Source: Gemmatimonadota bacterium
GTDB lineage: Bacteria > Gemmatimonadota > Gemmatimonadetes > Gemmatimonadales > GWC2-71-9
Direction of reading: 5' to 3'
Length of the DNA stretch: 64,000 bases
Assembly (NCBI GenBank): GCA_003223395.1
Contig: QHUZ01000040.1
Coordinates: 69,381 to 133,380, forward strand
The position numbers were made by a program, and so were the translations under genes. The first letter of the stretch is position 1; every line of letters begins with the position of its first letter. Below, piece by piece: positions 36,674 to 45,096 of this stretch. The notes beneath the pieces were generated by a model, which ran no database searches, had not been told where the DNA came from, and saw only the letters and a program-made list of their open reading frames with translations.

Positions 36674-37141
36674 ATGCGTCGTGTAGCCGCTTTCGCTGTC
36701 CTCTCTCTTCTCGCTGCGGCGCCCGCAGTCGCGCAGACCGCGCAGGGCGAGCCGCCGCGTCGCTTCCAGCCACCGCCGGATCACTGGATGACGATCGACT
36801 CGCTGAACCAGGCCCTCAGCCTGACTCCCGCGCAACGCACGAAGATCACGCCCGCCTACACCGCGCTGAACGGCGTGATGAAAGACGCCGCCGCGCGCCG
36901 GCAGGCGATCCGGCAGCAGATGCAGGCATCGGGTGGCTTCACGCCCGGGCAGGAGCCCACGCCGGAGCAGCGCGCCAAGTTCGACAGTGTCCGCACCGAG
37001 ATGCAGGGGTTTCAGGCTGAAGCGGACCAATGGTATGCCGCGATCCGTAATAATCTGACGCCCGATCAGCAAACGAAGTTCGACGCGCTGCCCAAGCCGA
37101 TGGTCTTTCGTCCGATGGGAGGCGGCGCGCCGCGGCAGTAG
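36674..37141 (+). CDS. Periplasmic Spy/CpxP-like (LTxxQ motif) protein
   Basis: GGAG lies 5 nt before ATG 36674. Signal peptide MRRVAAFAVLSLLAAAPAVAQ. Two LTxxQ motifs (LTPAQRTKI, LTPDQQTKF). Confidence 0.65.
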   Translation: MRRVAAFAVLSLLAAAPAVAQTAQGEPPRRFQPPPDHWMTIDSLNQALSLTPAQRTKITPAYTALNGVMKDAAARRQAIRQQMQASGGFTPGQEPTPEQRAKFDSVRTEMQGFQAEADQWYAAIRNNLTPDQQTKFDALPKPMVFRPMGGGAPRQ

Positions 37142-37178
37142 GTATCGTTCGGGTCCCACTTCAATCGGATCCTGAGCG

Positions 37179-39311
37179 ATGCGTCGTCTTTGTCTTCTTG
37201 CTCTCGTCAGTGCCGGGCTGGGCGGCACAGTAGCCGCCCAACGCCCGGCTCCTGACTCCTCAATCCTCACAGTCGATCGCATCTTCGGGTCGCCCGAATT
37301 CCGTGGCGGCACAGTCGGCCCGCTCGCGTGGCTTTCGGATGGCACCGGGTACTCGACGCTCGAGCGTGCCGTCGGCGGGAAGCCCGGCCAGGACATCGTG
37401 CGCTACGACGCCGAAACTGGCCTCAAGACGATTCTGGTGCCGGCCGCGCGGCTCGTGCCGCCGGGGGATTCGACGCCGCTCGAGATCGAAGCGTACACGT
37501 GGTCGCCCGATGGGCGCCGGCTGCTGATCTTCACGAATTCGCAGCAGGTGTGGCGCACGAACACCCGCGGCGACTACTGGGTCCTCGATCTCGCGGGGTG
37601 GACCCTCAAGAAGCTGGGCGGCAAGGGTCCCGCCGCGACGCTCATGTTCGCGAAGTTTTCGCCCGACGGCGGCCGAGTGGGTTGGGTGCGCTACGGCGAG
37701 TACAACATCTACGTCGAGGACATCGCCAGCGGCACCACCACACAGCTGACGCGTGACGGCTCGCGCACCACGATCAACGGCACCTTCGACTGGGTGTACG
37801 AAGAGGAGCTGGGGCTGCAGGACGGCTGGCGCTGGAACCCCGACGGCCAGTCGATCGCGTACTGGCAGCTCGATGCCACCGGCGTGCGGGATTTCCTGCT
37901 CTACAACGTGACGGACTCGTTGTACGCCTTCACGACGCCCGTAGAGCTCGTCATTCAGCACATCAACCGGTTGCAGGACACACTGCACGTCATGATCGCC
38001 AACGCTCAGACTGGTGAGGCGCGGACGGTCATCACCGAGACGGACAGCGCGTGGATCGAGCAGTTCGACGAGCTGCGATTCCTGAACGGCGGCAAAGACG
38101 TTCTGTGGGAGTCGGAGCGCAGCGGTTGGACGCAGCTCTATCTCTTCCCCCGCGACGGCGGCGCGCCGCGGCCCCTGACCACCGGCAACTTCGACGTGCT
38201 CGGCGTGCAGCGCGTGGACACCATCGGCAAATGGGTCTACTACACGGCCTCACCCGACAATCCCACGCAGCGCTACCTGTACCGCATCAGCTACGACAAA
38301 CGGGGGCCGGCGCAGCGCATCACGCCGACGGGTGAGCCGGGCTTTCACACGTACAACTTCTCTCCCTCCGGCCGGTACGCGATCCACGTCTACTCGCGCT
38401 TCGGGGTCCCGCCGACGACGACGCTCGTGAGCCTGCCGGATAACCACCTGTTTCGCACGCTCGACGACAACGCGGCGCTGAAGGCAAAAGTCGCCGGCCT
38501 GCGGCTCGGCACGAGCGACTTCCGTCAGGTCGAGATCGGCAACGGGATCAAGCTCAACGCGTGGTTCATCAAGCCGCCGAATTTCGATTCCACGTCCAAG
38601 TATCCCGTGCTCTTCTATGTCTACGGCGGGCCCGGCTCGCAGACGGTCACGGACGCCTGGGGCGGGCAGAACTATCTCTGGTACCAGATGCTGGCGCAGC
38701 GCGGCTACATCGTCGCCAGCGTCGACAATCGCGGCACGGGCGCGCGCGGCCGCGCGTGGCGCAAGCTCATCTATCGACAGATGGGCGTCGTCGAGACGCA
38801 GGATCAGGCGGCGGCGGCACGGGCCGTCGGCCGGTTCTCCTACGTCGACTCGACGCGGCTGGGAATCTGGGGCTGGAGCTACGGCGGCTTCATGACGCTC
38901 AACACGCTCACGCAGTTCCCGGACGTCTATCGCATGGGCATCGCCGTCGCGCCGGTGACGCACTGGAAGTACTACGACACCATCTACACCGAGCGCTACA
39001 ACGGCCTGCCGCAGGACAACGCCGCGGGCTATGACAAGGGCTCACCGCTCACGTATGCCAAGAACCTGAAGGGCCGGTTGCTGATCGTGCACGGCTCGGG
39101 CGATGACAACGTGCACTTCCAGAACACCGAGGCGATGGTGAACGCGCTGGTGGCGGCGAACCGGCCGTTTTCGCTGATGGTGTATCCGAACCGCACCCAC
39201 TCGATTTCGGGTGGGACGACGCGGCAGCATCTGTTCACGCTGCTGACGAAGTTCGTCGAGGAGAATCTGCCGGCCACGACGCGGGGAGCGACGGGGGCGG
39301 CGCTGCCGTAA
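37179..39311 (+). CDS. S9B family dipeptidyl-peptidase IV-like serine peptidase
   Basis: DWVYEEEL (propeller). Catalytic GWSYGGFMT, HGSGDDNVH and NRTHSI. Signal peptide MRRLCLLALVSAGLGGTVAAQ. Confidence 0.88.
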   Translation: MRRLCLLALVSAGLGGTVAAQRPAPDSSILTVDRIFGSPEFRGGTVGPLAWLSDGTGYSTLERAVGGKPGQDIVRYDAETGLKTILVPAARLVPPGDSTPLEIEAYTWSPDGRRLLIFTNSQQVWRTNTRGDYWVLDLAGWTLKKLGGKGPAATLMFAKFSPDGGRVGWVRYGEYNIYVEDIASGTTTQLTRDGSRTTINGTFDWVYEEELGLQDGWRWNPDGQSIAYWQLDATGVRDFLLYNVTDSLYAFTTPVELVIQHINRLQDTLHVMIANAQTGEARTVITETDSAWIEQFDELRFLNGGKDVLWESERSGWTQLYLFPRDGGAPRPLTTGNFDVLGVQRVDTIGKWVYYTASPDNPTQRYLYRISYDKRGPAQRITPTGEPGFHTYNFSPSGRYAIHVYSRFGVPPTTTLVSLPDNHLFRTLDDNAALKAKVAGLRLGTSDFRQVEIGNGIKLNAWFIKPPNFDSTSKYPVLFYVYGGPGSQTVTDAWGGQNYLWYQMLAQRGYIVASVDNRGTGARGRAWRKLIYRQMGVVETQDQAAAARAVGRFSYVDSTRLGIWGWSYGGFMTLNTLTQFPDVYRMGIAVAPVTHWKYYDTIYTERYNGLPQDNAAGYDKGSPLTYAKNLKGRLLIVHGSGDDNVHFQNTEAMVNALVAANRPFSLMVYPNRTHSISGGTTRQHLFTLLTKFVEENLPATTRGATGAALP

Positions 39312-39320
39312 GGGCGTCCC

Positions 39321-42300
39321 TCAGAACGCGAATCGCGCGCCGAGCTGCATGCGCCAGCGCGATAGGGCATCCTCCACGACGCCGGGCTTCGGCAGCTCGA
39401 GCTGATAGACTCCGCGCAGATTGGCCGGGTCCCATCCGACGAGCTTCAGCAGCGGCACGGATGGGCCTGTGGTGACGTCGCGATATTGTCCCCACCGTGG
39501 TTCAATCAGGTTCGGCACGTTGAAGATGTCGGCGGTGATCTCGAGGTAGCGCCCCCCGCGGAGCGCGACCGTCGTGCCGAGTCGCGCGTTCAACGATCCC
39601 AGCCACCCATTGCGGCAGCTGTTGCGCCCCATGATCCGCCCCCGTTGCTTCTCGAGACATGGCTGCTGGGCGATGAAGTTCTGCAGCTTCGCATGCTCCG
39701 CAGGGGTTGCGGGGGTGCTATCGGACATCCGCAGGGTGATGTCGCTGCTGTCGCGCGGCACGTAGACGATGTCGTTGAACAGCGAGCCGCCGCCGCCGAG
39801 GCGATCGGCATTGGCGTCGCCGTCGATGACGTACGTGTAAGCCGGCTGCGATGCGCCGTCATACAGGAGCGAGAGTTGCACTCGGTGGGCGAGCTCGACC
39901 GTCGCAGCAACGGCAAGCTTGTGCGGAGTCTCGAAGAAAGAGGGAGCGAGCCGGCGATCCTCGAGCGTCCCGTCCACCGGTGTGTTGCTGAAGTTTGCCC
40001 GAGTCGGGAGGTTGATCAGCGACATGCGGTCATAGGCTTGCGAAAACGCGTACGCCGCATAGACCGACATGGTCTCGCCAAATCGCTTGCGCGCCTGCAC
40101 CGAGAGCGAGACACTGTGGTCCCCGCTGCGGTTCGACACGCGGAAGACCTCTTGGAAGTATGTTGAGTCGCGCCAGGTGGGTTTCGCCAGACCGGTTGCG
40201 TCAACCGTTCCATACATTGGACGACCGCCCTCGCCGTACGCGGCACCGACCGGCGCGCCGAGGTTCGCTTCGCCGATGTAGATCTGGTGGACGGCGCGTG
40301 TATAGAGGAGGTCGATGCTCGCCGTGATCCCTCCCGGGAAGCGACGGTCCACCCCCAGCGCCAGCTTCAGGTTTTGCGGCAGTTTCAGATCTGGATCGAA
40401 GAAACCGAGGCGGGGCGTGGCGCCACCCGTGGGGTTGCAGGTCGCGGGCTGAGTGAGATTGAACCGGGGCACCCGCGTTCCATTGCAATTGACGACACTC
40501 TCCAAGCCCCCATCCCGGTAGCCATTGCCCAGCCAGCGATACGGCGGCGGACCACTGAACAGTCCGATCCCGCCGCGGAGGAACGCTGTGCCCTTGCCGC
40601 TGAGATCGTAGTTGAGCCCGAGACGCGGAGACCAGAGGACGTTGCCGCTCGGCAGCCGTCCGGTATTCGCGCCGAGCTTGATGAACACCGAGTCGTCGGT
40701 GTGGGCGGCGTCCGGCAGGAACGGAATGTCGGCGCGGAGCCCCGCGGTAACGGTCAGGCGAGGGATCGGCATCCAACGGTCCTGCGCGTAGAAGCCGACG
40801 CCGACCGCGGTGAAATCGGCGCCAGGCGTCGGTCCTGGGAGGCCCCGGTCGTAATGGGACGCGACACCCTTAGCGAGCGCATCGAGGGTCGCGAAGAACC
40901 ACCGGCCGGCCGATACCTGAACGAGCGGATCGTGGAAATGGAGCAGCTCGCCGTGCAGGCCGAGGGTCAGCAGGTGCCCTGCCGTGCTGATCGTCAGATT
41001 CTCAGTGACCTCGAGGCCGTACTGATTCACGGCGGTCGTTGGGCACACCGAGTTGGAACCGGCGATGAGGAAGCCAGCGTCGGCGTTGACCTGAATGAGC
41101 GGGAACGGACCGTTCGGCTCGCACGTGTCGAGCAGGCGTTGATAACTCACGATGACTTCGTTCTGCGCCTGGCCCCGCAGGTTCGTGCTCCAGATCAGGC
41201 GTGTCGTGTGAGCGGTGGATCGGCTCCGGCCGGCGACGGACGAGAGCGCCGTCGTATCGAACGTGCGGCCCGCGTCGACGAAGTCACGACGGTCCCCGTG
41301 CGCGTAGTGGTGCGAGAGCTCCAAGTGTCCGTTGGCGCCCAGTTGGACCGTGATCTTCCCGAAGACGTCCTGGGCCGGCAGATGTCCCTCGGATGGCCCC
41401 GGTGTGCCCGGCGCGAGGCCAAACGAATCGGCGAGAATGTGTTGGAATTTGACGGCGCTCGACTCGCTGACCGCAGTCCGCCCAACCTGTGCCGGAAACG
41501 GTCCAGCGTCGGGCACAACGCGCTGCTGCAGATCAACATTTAGAAAGAAATGCACCCGGTCACGCACGACGGGACCGGATAGGGTGCCGCCGAACTGCCC
41601 GCTCGTGAATTCGGGATGGCTGCCGTCCCAATTACTCGCGGTCAGACTGCCGTCTTGCAGGAAAGCGAACACCGATCCGTGGACAAAGTTGGTCCCGGAC
41701 TTCGTCACGGTGTTGAGCAATCCACCCGCGAAGCTGCCGAGCCGAACATCGAACGGCGCGGCGAGGACCTGAAATTCGCTGACCGTTTCCAGCGAGATCG
41801 CGTGCGGCAGCACTTCCGGAATCGCGCCGCTCGGAATCGCCCCGCCGGGCGTGCGCCCGAGATACAGGTCTGTGTTCACGCCGCCGTCAACCTGGAGGTT
41901 GTTGTAGCCCTGATTCTGACCGCCGACGGCGACGCCCCCGAATGGCCGGAGGGCGGCGAGGGGACCGAGTGCCGCGGCGACGCTCAAGTCTCGGGTCAGA
42001 TTCGGCAGCCGCTCGAGCTCTGTCGCCGACACAATGTGCGCGGGTCCGGTGCGTCCGGCGTTCAACAGGGCATCGACGTTTGCGCTGATCGTCAGCGTGG
42101 GCAATTCGATGGCCATCGATTCGAGCGTGAAGTCGGCGTGGTAGCGTTGACCGAGCCCGAGAAAGACGCCGGTCTGGCCGGCCGACCTGAATCCCACCGC
42201 TCGCGCCTCGAGAACGTAAGGTCCGCCGACCCCCATGTTCTCCACGAAGTATCGCCCCGAAGCGTCGGTCACCACTTGCCAGTGTGCGCCGCTGGCCGGC

Positions 42301-42431
42301 AGGATAGCCGTCACGACGGCGCCGGCGATGGGCGCGTTGTCGGCTTGGAGAACGCGGCCCTGCAATGCGGCGGATGTGATCCCCTGGGCGCAGAGCGGTG
42401 GGACGAGGCTCAGCCCCAAGAGTCCGATCAT
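39321..42431 (-). CDS. Oar-like TonB-dependent outer-membrane receptor with an N-terminal CarboxypepD_reg domain
   Basis: LQGRVLQADNAPIAGAVVTAI...TDASGRYFVENMGVGGPYVLEARAVGF. About 1000 aa of beta-barrel-type sequence ending LGARFAF. ATGA overlap with the upstream regulator stop. Confidence 0.8.
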   Translation of the reverse strand: MIGLLGLSLVPPLCAQGITSAALQGRVLQADNAPIAGAVVTAILPASGAHWQVVTDASGRYFVENMGVGGPYVLEARAVGFRSAGQTGVFLGLGQRYHADFTLESMAIELPTLTISANVDALLNAGRTGPAHIVSATELERLPNLTRDLSVAAALGPLAALRPFGGVAVGGQNQGYNNLQVDGGVNTDLYLGRTPGGAIPSGAIPEVLPHAISLETVSEFQVLAAPFDVRLGSFAGGLLNTVTKSGTNFVHGSVFAFLQDGSLTASNWDGSHPEFTSGQFGGTLSGPVVRDRVHFFLNVDLQQRVVPDAGPFPAQVGRTAVSESSAVKFQHILADSFGLAPGTPGPSEGHLPAQDVFGKITVQLGANGHLELSHHYAHGDRRDFVDAGRTFDTTALSSVAGRSRSTAHTTRLIWSTNLRGQAQNEVIVSYQRLLDTCEPNGPFPLIQVNADAGFLIAGSNSVCPTTAVNQYGLEVTENLTISTAGHLLTLGLHGELLHFHDPLVQVSAGRWFFATLDALAKGVASHYDRGLPGPTPGADFTAVGVGFYAQDRWMPIPRLTVTAGLRADIPFLPDAAHTDDSVFIKLGANTGRLPSGNVLWSPRLGLNYDLSGKGTAFLRGGIGLFSGPPPYRWLGNGYRDGGLESVVNCNGTRVPRFNLTQPATCNPTGGATPRLGFFDPDLKLPQNLKLALGVDRRFPGGITASIDLLYTRAVHQIYIGEANLGAPVGAAYGEGGRPMYGTVDATGLAKPTWRDSTYFQEVFRVSNRSGDHSVSLSVQARKRFGETMSVYAAYAFSQAYDRMSLINLPTRANFSNTPVDGTLEDRRLAPSFFETPHKLAVAATVELAHRVQLSLLYDGASQPAYTYVIDGDANADRLGGGGSLFNDIVYVPRDSSDITLRMSDSTPATPAEHAKLQNFIAQQPCLEKQRGRIMGRNSCRNGWLGSLNARLGTTVALRGGRYLEITADIFNVPNLIEPRWGQYRDVTTGPSVPLLKLVGWDPANLRGVYQLELPKPGVVEDALSRWRMQLGARFAF

Positions 42432-44917
42432 CCCTTGGGCCGCAACAACATTTCGAACCGTGGGTCCCTGCGCAGCGTGGCGAAACTCGGCTCGACATGC
42501 GCATCGAGGAAGCGGACTTGGTATACGTATCCGGCGTCCAGTGCCCGCGTCAGCAGATCCACGGCGGCATCTCGCTCACCCAGCCGGGCGGCTATGCAAG
42601 CGCGCCAGTAGCTGGCCTCCCCGCGCCCGAAGGGCCGCTCGAGCGCGACCAGCAACCCGCTGACTCGAACGGCTTCAGCGCGGTCGCCGCGCTGCGCCGC
42701 CAGCGTGCCGAGCAAACCTGTGTAGCGCGCGTCGCGCGGGTGACGGCGCGCCAGCTCCGCGGCGATGGCGTGGGCGGAGTCTGCATTGCCGGCCGCATAG
42801 TGTGTCAGGGCGCGCTCGAAGCGCTGGTCTTCGTTCGCGCGTTCCGCTGCGGGTTGGCTCTCCAACCAGGCAAGGGTTCGAGCGAACGCGATACCAGCGG
42901 CCACGCTGTCGCCGTGCGCTGCGAGGTCGAGCGCCGTTTCACGCATCACCGGTGCCGGCAGTCGGATCGGGTCCGGTGGCAGCGTCTCGATCTCGTCGAG
43001 GCGCTCGATCACCTCACGCCCGCGCCCCAGCCCGGACAAGGCCAGCAGCTCCATGCGGAGCGTCGCGAGGTTTCTCGGAAAGCGTTGGCGGGCTCGGCGC
43101 GCCGCTCGCAGCTCCCGATCGTGCTCGCCGAGCAGATGGTACGCGTTCGTTAGCCAATTGTAGTAGCCGGCGCGGCCGCTGAGGGCGCCGTTGTCGGGAT
43201 GCAGTCGCTCGAGAATCGTTATCGCCTCCCGCAGACGATTGAAATCGAGTGCGTCGCGGGCGAGCTGCTCCCACATCAGCTCAGAGCTGGGAAGCGCGTC
43301 GGTCAGTCGCTTGCCGAGGGCATACGCGGCGGGAAGGTCGCCGTGACAGCGGGCCATCACGCGGTCGATCTGCAGCTGCTCGAGTGGCGTGAGATTCATC
43401 CCACCCAGGCGCTTGGCGAGCACCGCGGTCGAATCGCACTGATCGAGTGCGGTTCCGCCGTATGCCCACGCAGCCCAGATCAGCGGTTGCGCGTACGTCG
43501 AGTCGAGTGCCGCCGCGCGCCTGAAATACGGCAAGGCATCAGCTGCTCTCCGACCACCGTAGAAGATCTCCACGCCGGCACTGAATGCGAGGTACGCTTC
43601 GTAGCGCGGTGGGTTACCGGCCTGTACGGGCCCGCCGAGTCGTAGGTCCACCGCCTCGGCGAGGGCAGACATGATGCGCTCACGCAGGACCTTCAGCGCC
43701 GCCCGCGGCTCGTGCGGATCCCCGAATACCGGCTCGAGCGGGTGCACCACGCTGCCGCTCCGCACGTCGGTGATCCTGGCGTTGAGCTCGATCTGACCCC
43801 TGCGCAGGTACAGAGAGCCCGACACCAGCATTCCGGAGCCGGTGGCGCGTGCCAGTTCTTCCGGGTCGGAGACAGCGATCCGATTAGCTCCCACCACGAT
43901 TGCGCCGGGGTCCACAGGTTCGAGCACTTCCGTTGATGCGAGACCGCGCGTGATCCAGTCGGCGGCAAGGTTGCCGAGGGGATCGAGGGTGCTATCGCCC
44001 GTGCGGTTGGTGAACGGCACGACCAGCACGCGCTTTGGGTTGAGCGACGGCGTGGAGCGCAGAGTCACGCCCAACACCACACCTGCGATTCCCAGCACCG
44101 CAACCGCGAGGCCGAACAGTGGTCGGCGAGCGCGCGCGACCGGCATCGCCTGCGGCGACTGCCTGGGGCTTGGCTCCGGCGCGGTGGGACGGGCGGTCTT
44201 CCGCTCGCGGATACTGTTCGCGAGCGTGGCTGTCTCGGGCGCCGGATCGGCCTCCAGCTCCCCTTTGAGGCGCTGTGTGAAAGCGGCGTAAACGTCCAGC
44301 GCCCCGGCCCGGTCGCCGAGGCTGTCGAGTGTCCGGATAAGCCGGCGCAACGTCGGCTCGTCGAACGGGGCGATCCGCAGGGCCTGCCGCGTCCACTGCG
44401 CGGATTCACGAAGGTCGCCCCCTGCCTGGCGCTGCTCCGCCAGCGCCGTGGCGCTGCGCAGCGCCACGGTTCTGAGACGCGCGCGCTCGTCTTCGAGCCA
44501 TTGCTCGAAACCGATTGCACCGCGAATGAAGAAGCCCTCGAGGAGTTCTCCCCGATAGAGCTCGAGCGCGTCCGCCAGCTGCCCTTGCTGGGTGGCGCGT
44601 TCGAACTCGACGACGTCGCAGCGGAGCCGCTCCACGTCGAGACCGACTTCCTCGTCGCCGCGACTCACGAGCACCCCTTCACCGAGCTCTTGCCGCAGGC
44701 CGTGCAGCGCTTGCCGCAGCGCGGCCCGGGCATGCTCCTGATCGAGCTCGGGCCAGAACAATGCGATGAGAGAATCGCGCCGGTGCAATCGGCGGGGTGT
44801 CGCGGCAGCGAGGTACGCGAGCAGCGCGACCCGTTTGGGTTGGGCCAGGATCGCCTTGAGCTCGTGCCCGTCTGCGCTGAGGAGGTTCAGCGCACCGAGA
44901 ATGCGGAATTCGACCAC
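42428..44917 (-). CDS. SARP/BTAD-type transcriptional regulator with a TM helix, periplasmic TolB-N/CsgG-like module and TPRs
   Basis: MVEFRILGALNLLSADGHELK...KRVALLAYLA (winged helix). BTAD (FERATQQGQLADALELYRGELLEGF). TM helix LFGLAVAVLGIAGVVLGV. VLVVPFTNRTGD... followed by TPRs. Confidence 0.8.
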   Translation of the reverse strand: MVEFRILGALNLLSADGHELKAILAQPKRVALLAYLAAATPRRLHRRDSLIALFWPELDQEHARAALRQALHGLRQELGEGVLVSRGDEEVGLDVERLRCDVVEFERATQQGQLADALELYRGELLEGFFIRGAIGFEQWLEDERARLRTVALRSATALAEQRQAGGDLRESAQWTRQALRIAPFDEPTLRRLIRTLDSLGDRAGALDVYAAFTQRLKGELEADPAPETATLANSIRERKTARPTAPEPSPRQSPQAMPVARARRPLFGLAVAVLGIAGVVLGVTLRSTPSLNPKRVLVVPFTNRTGDSTLDPLGNLAADWITRGLASTEVLEPVDPGAIVVGANRIAVSDPEELARATGSGMLVSGSLYLRRGQIELNARITDVRSGSVVHPLEPVFGDPHEPRAALKVLRERIMSALAEAVDLRLGGPVQAGNPPRYEAYLAFSAGVEIFYGGRRAADALPYFRRAAALDSTYAQPLIWAAWAYGGTALDQCDSTAVLAKRLGGMNLTPLEQLQIDRVMARCHGDLPAAYALGKRLTDALPSSELMWEQLARDALDFNRLREAITILERLHPDNGALSGRAGYYNWLTNAYHLLGEHDRELRAARRARQRFPRNLATLRMELLALSGLGRGREVIERLDEIETLPPDPIRLPAPVMRETALDLAAHGDSVAAGIAFARTLAWLESQPAAERANEDQRFERALTHYAAGNADSAHAIAAELARRHPRDARYTGLLGTLAAQRGDRAEAVRVSGLLVALERPFGRGEASYWRACIAARLGERDAAVDLLTRALDAGYVYQVRFLDAHVEPSFATLRRDPRFEMLLRPKG

Positions 44918-45096
44918 GCGAATCTCTCACGGCACTTCGGGTAGCGCGCACCCTTCACGCTGCGCGACCGGCGTCATCCCCCCGTTACGGCGGGCGTAAC
45001 AGGCCCTTCACACGGCGCCCCTACCGTTGCTCGTGACTCGCGAAGGTATCGCGCACGACGTCGACACCGCAATGGCTCGAAAAACGGAGGAACACT

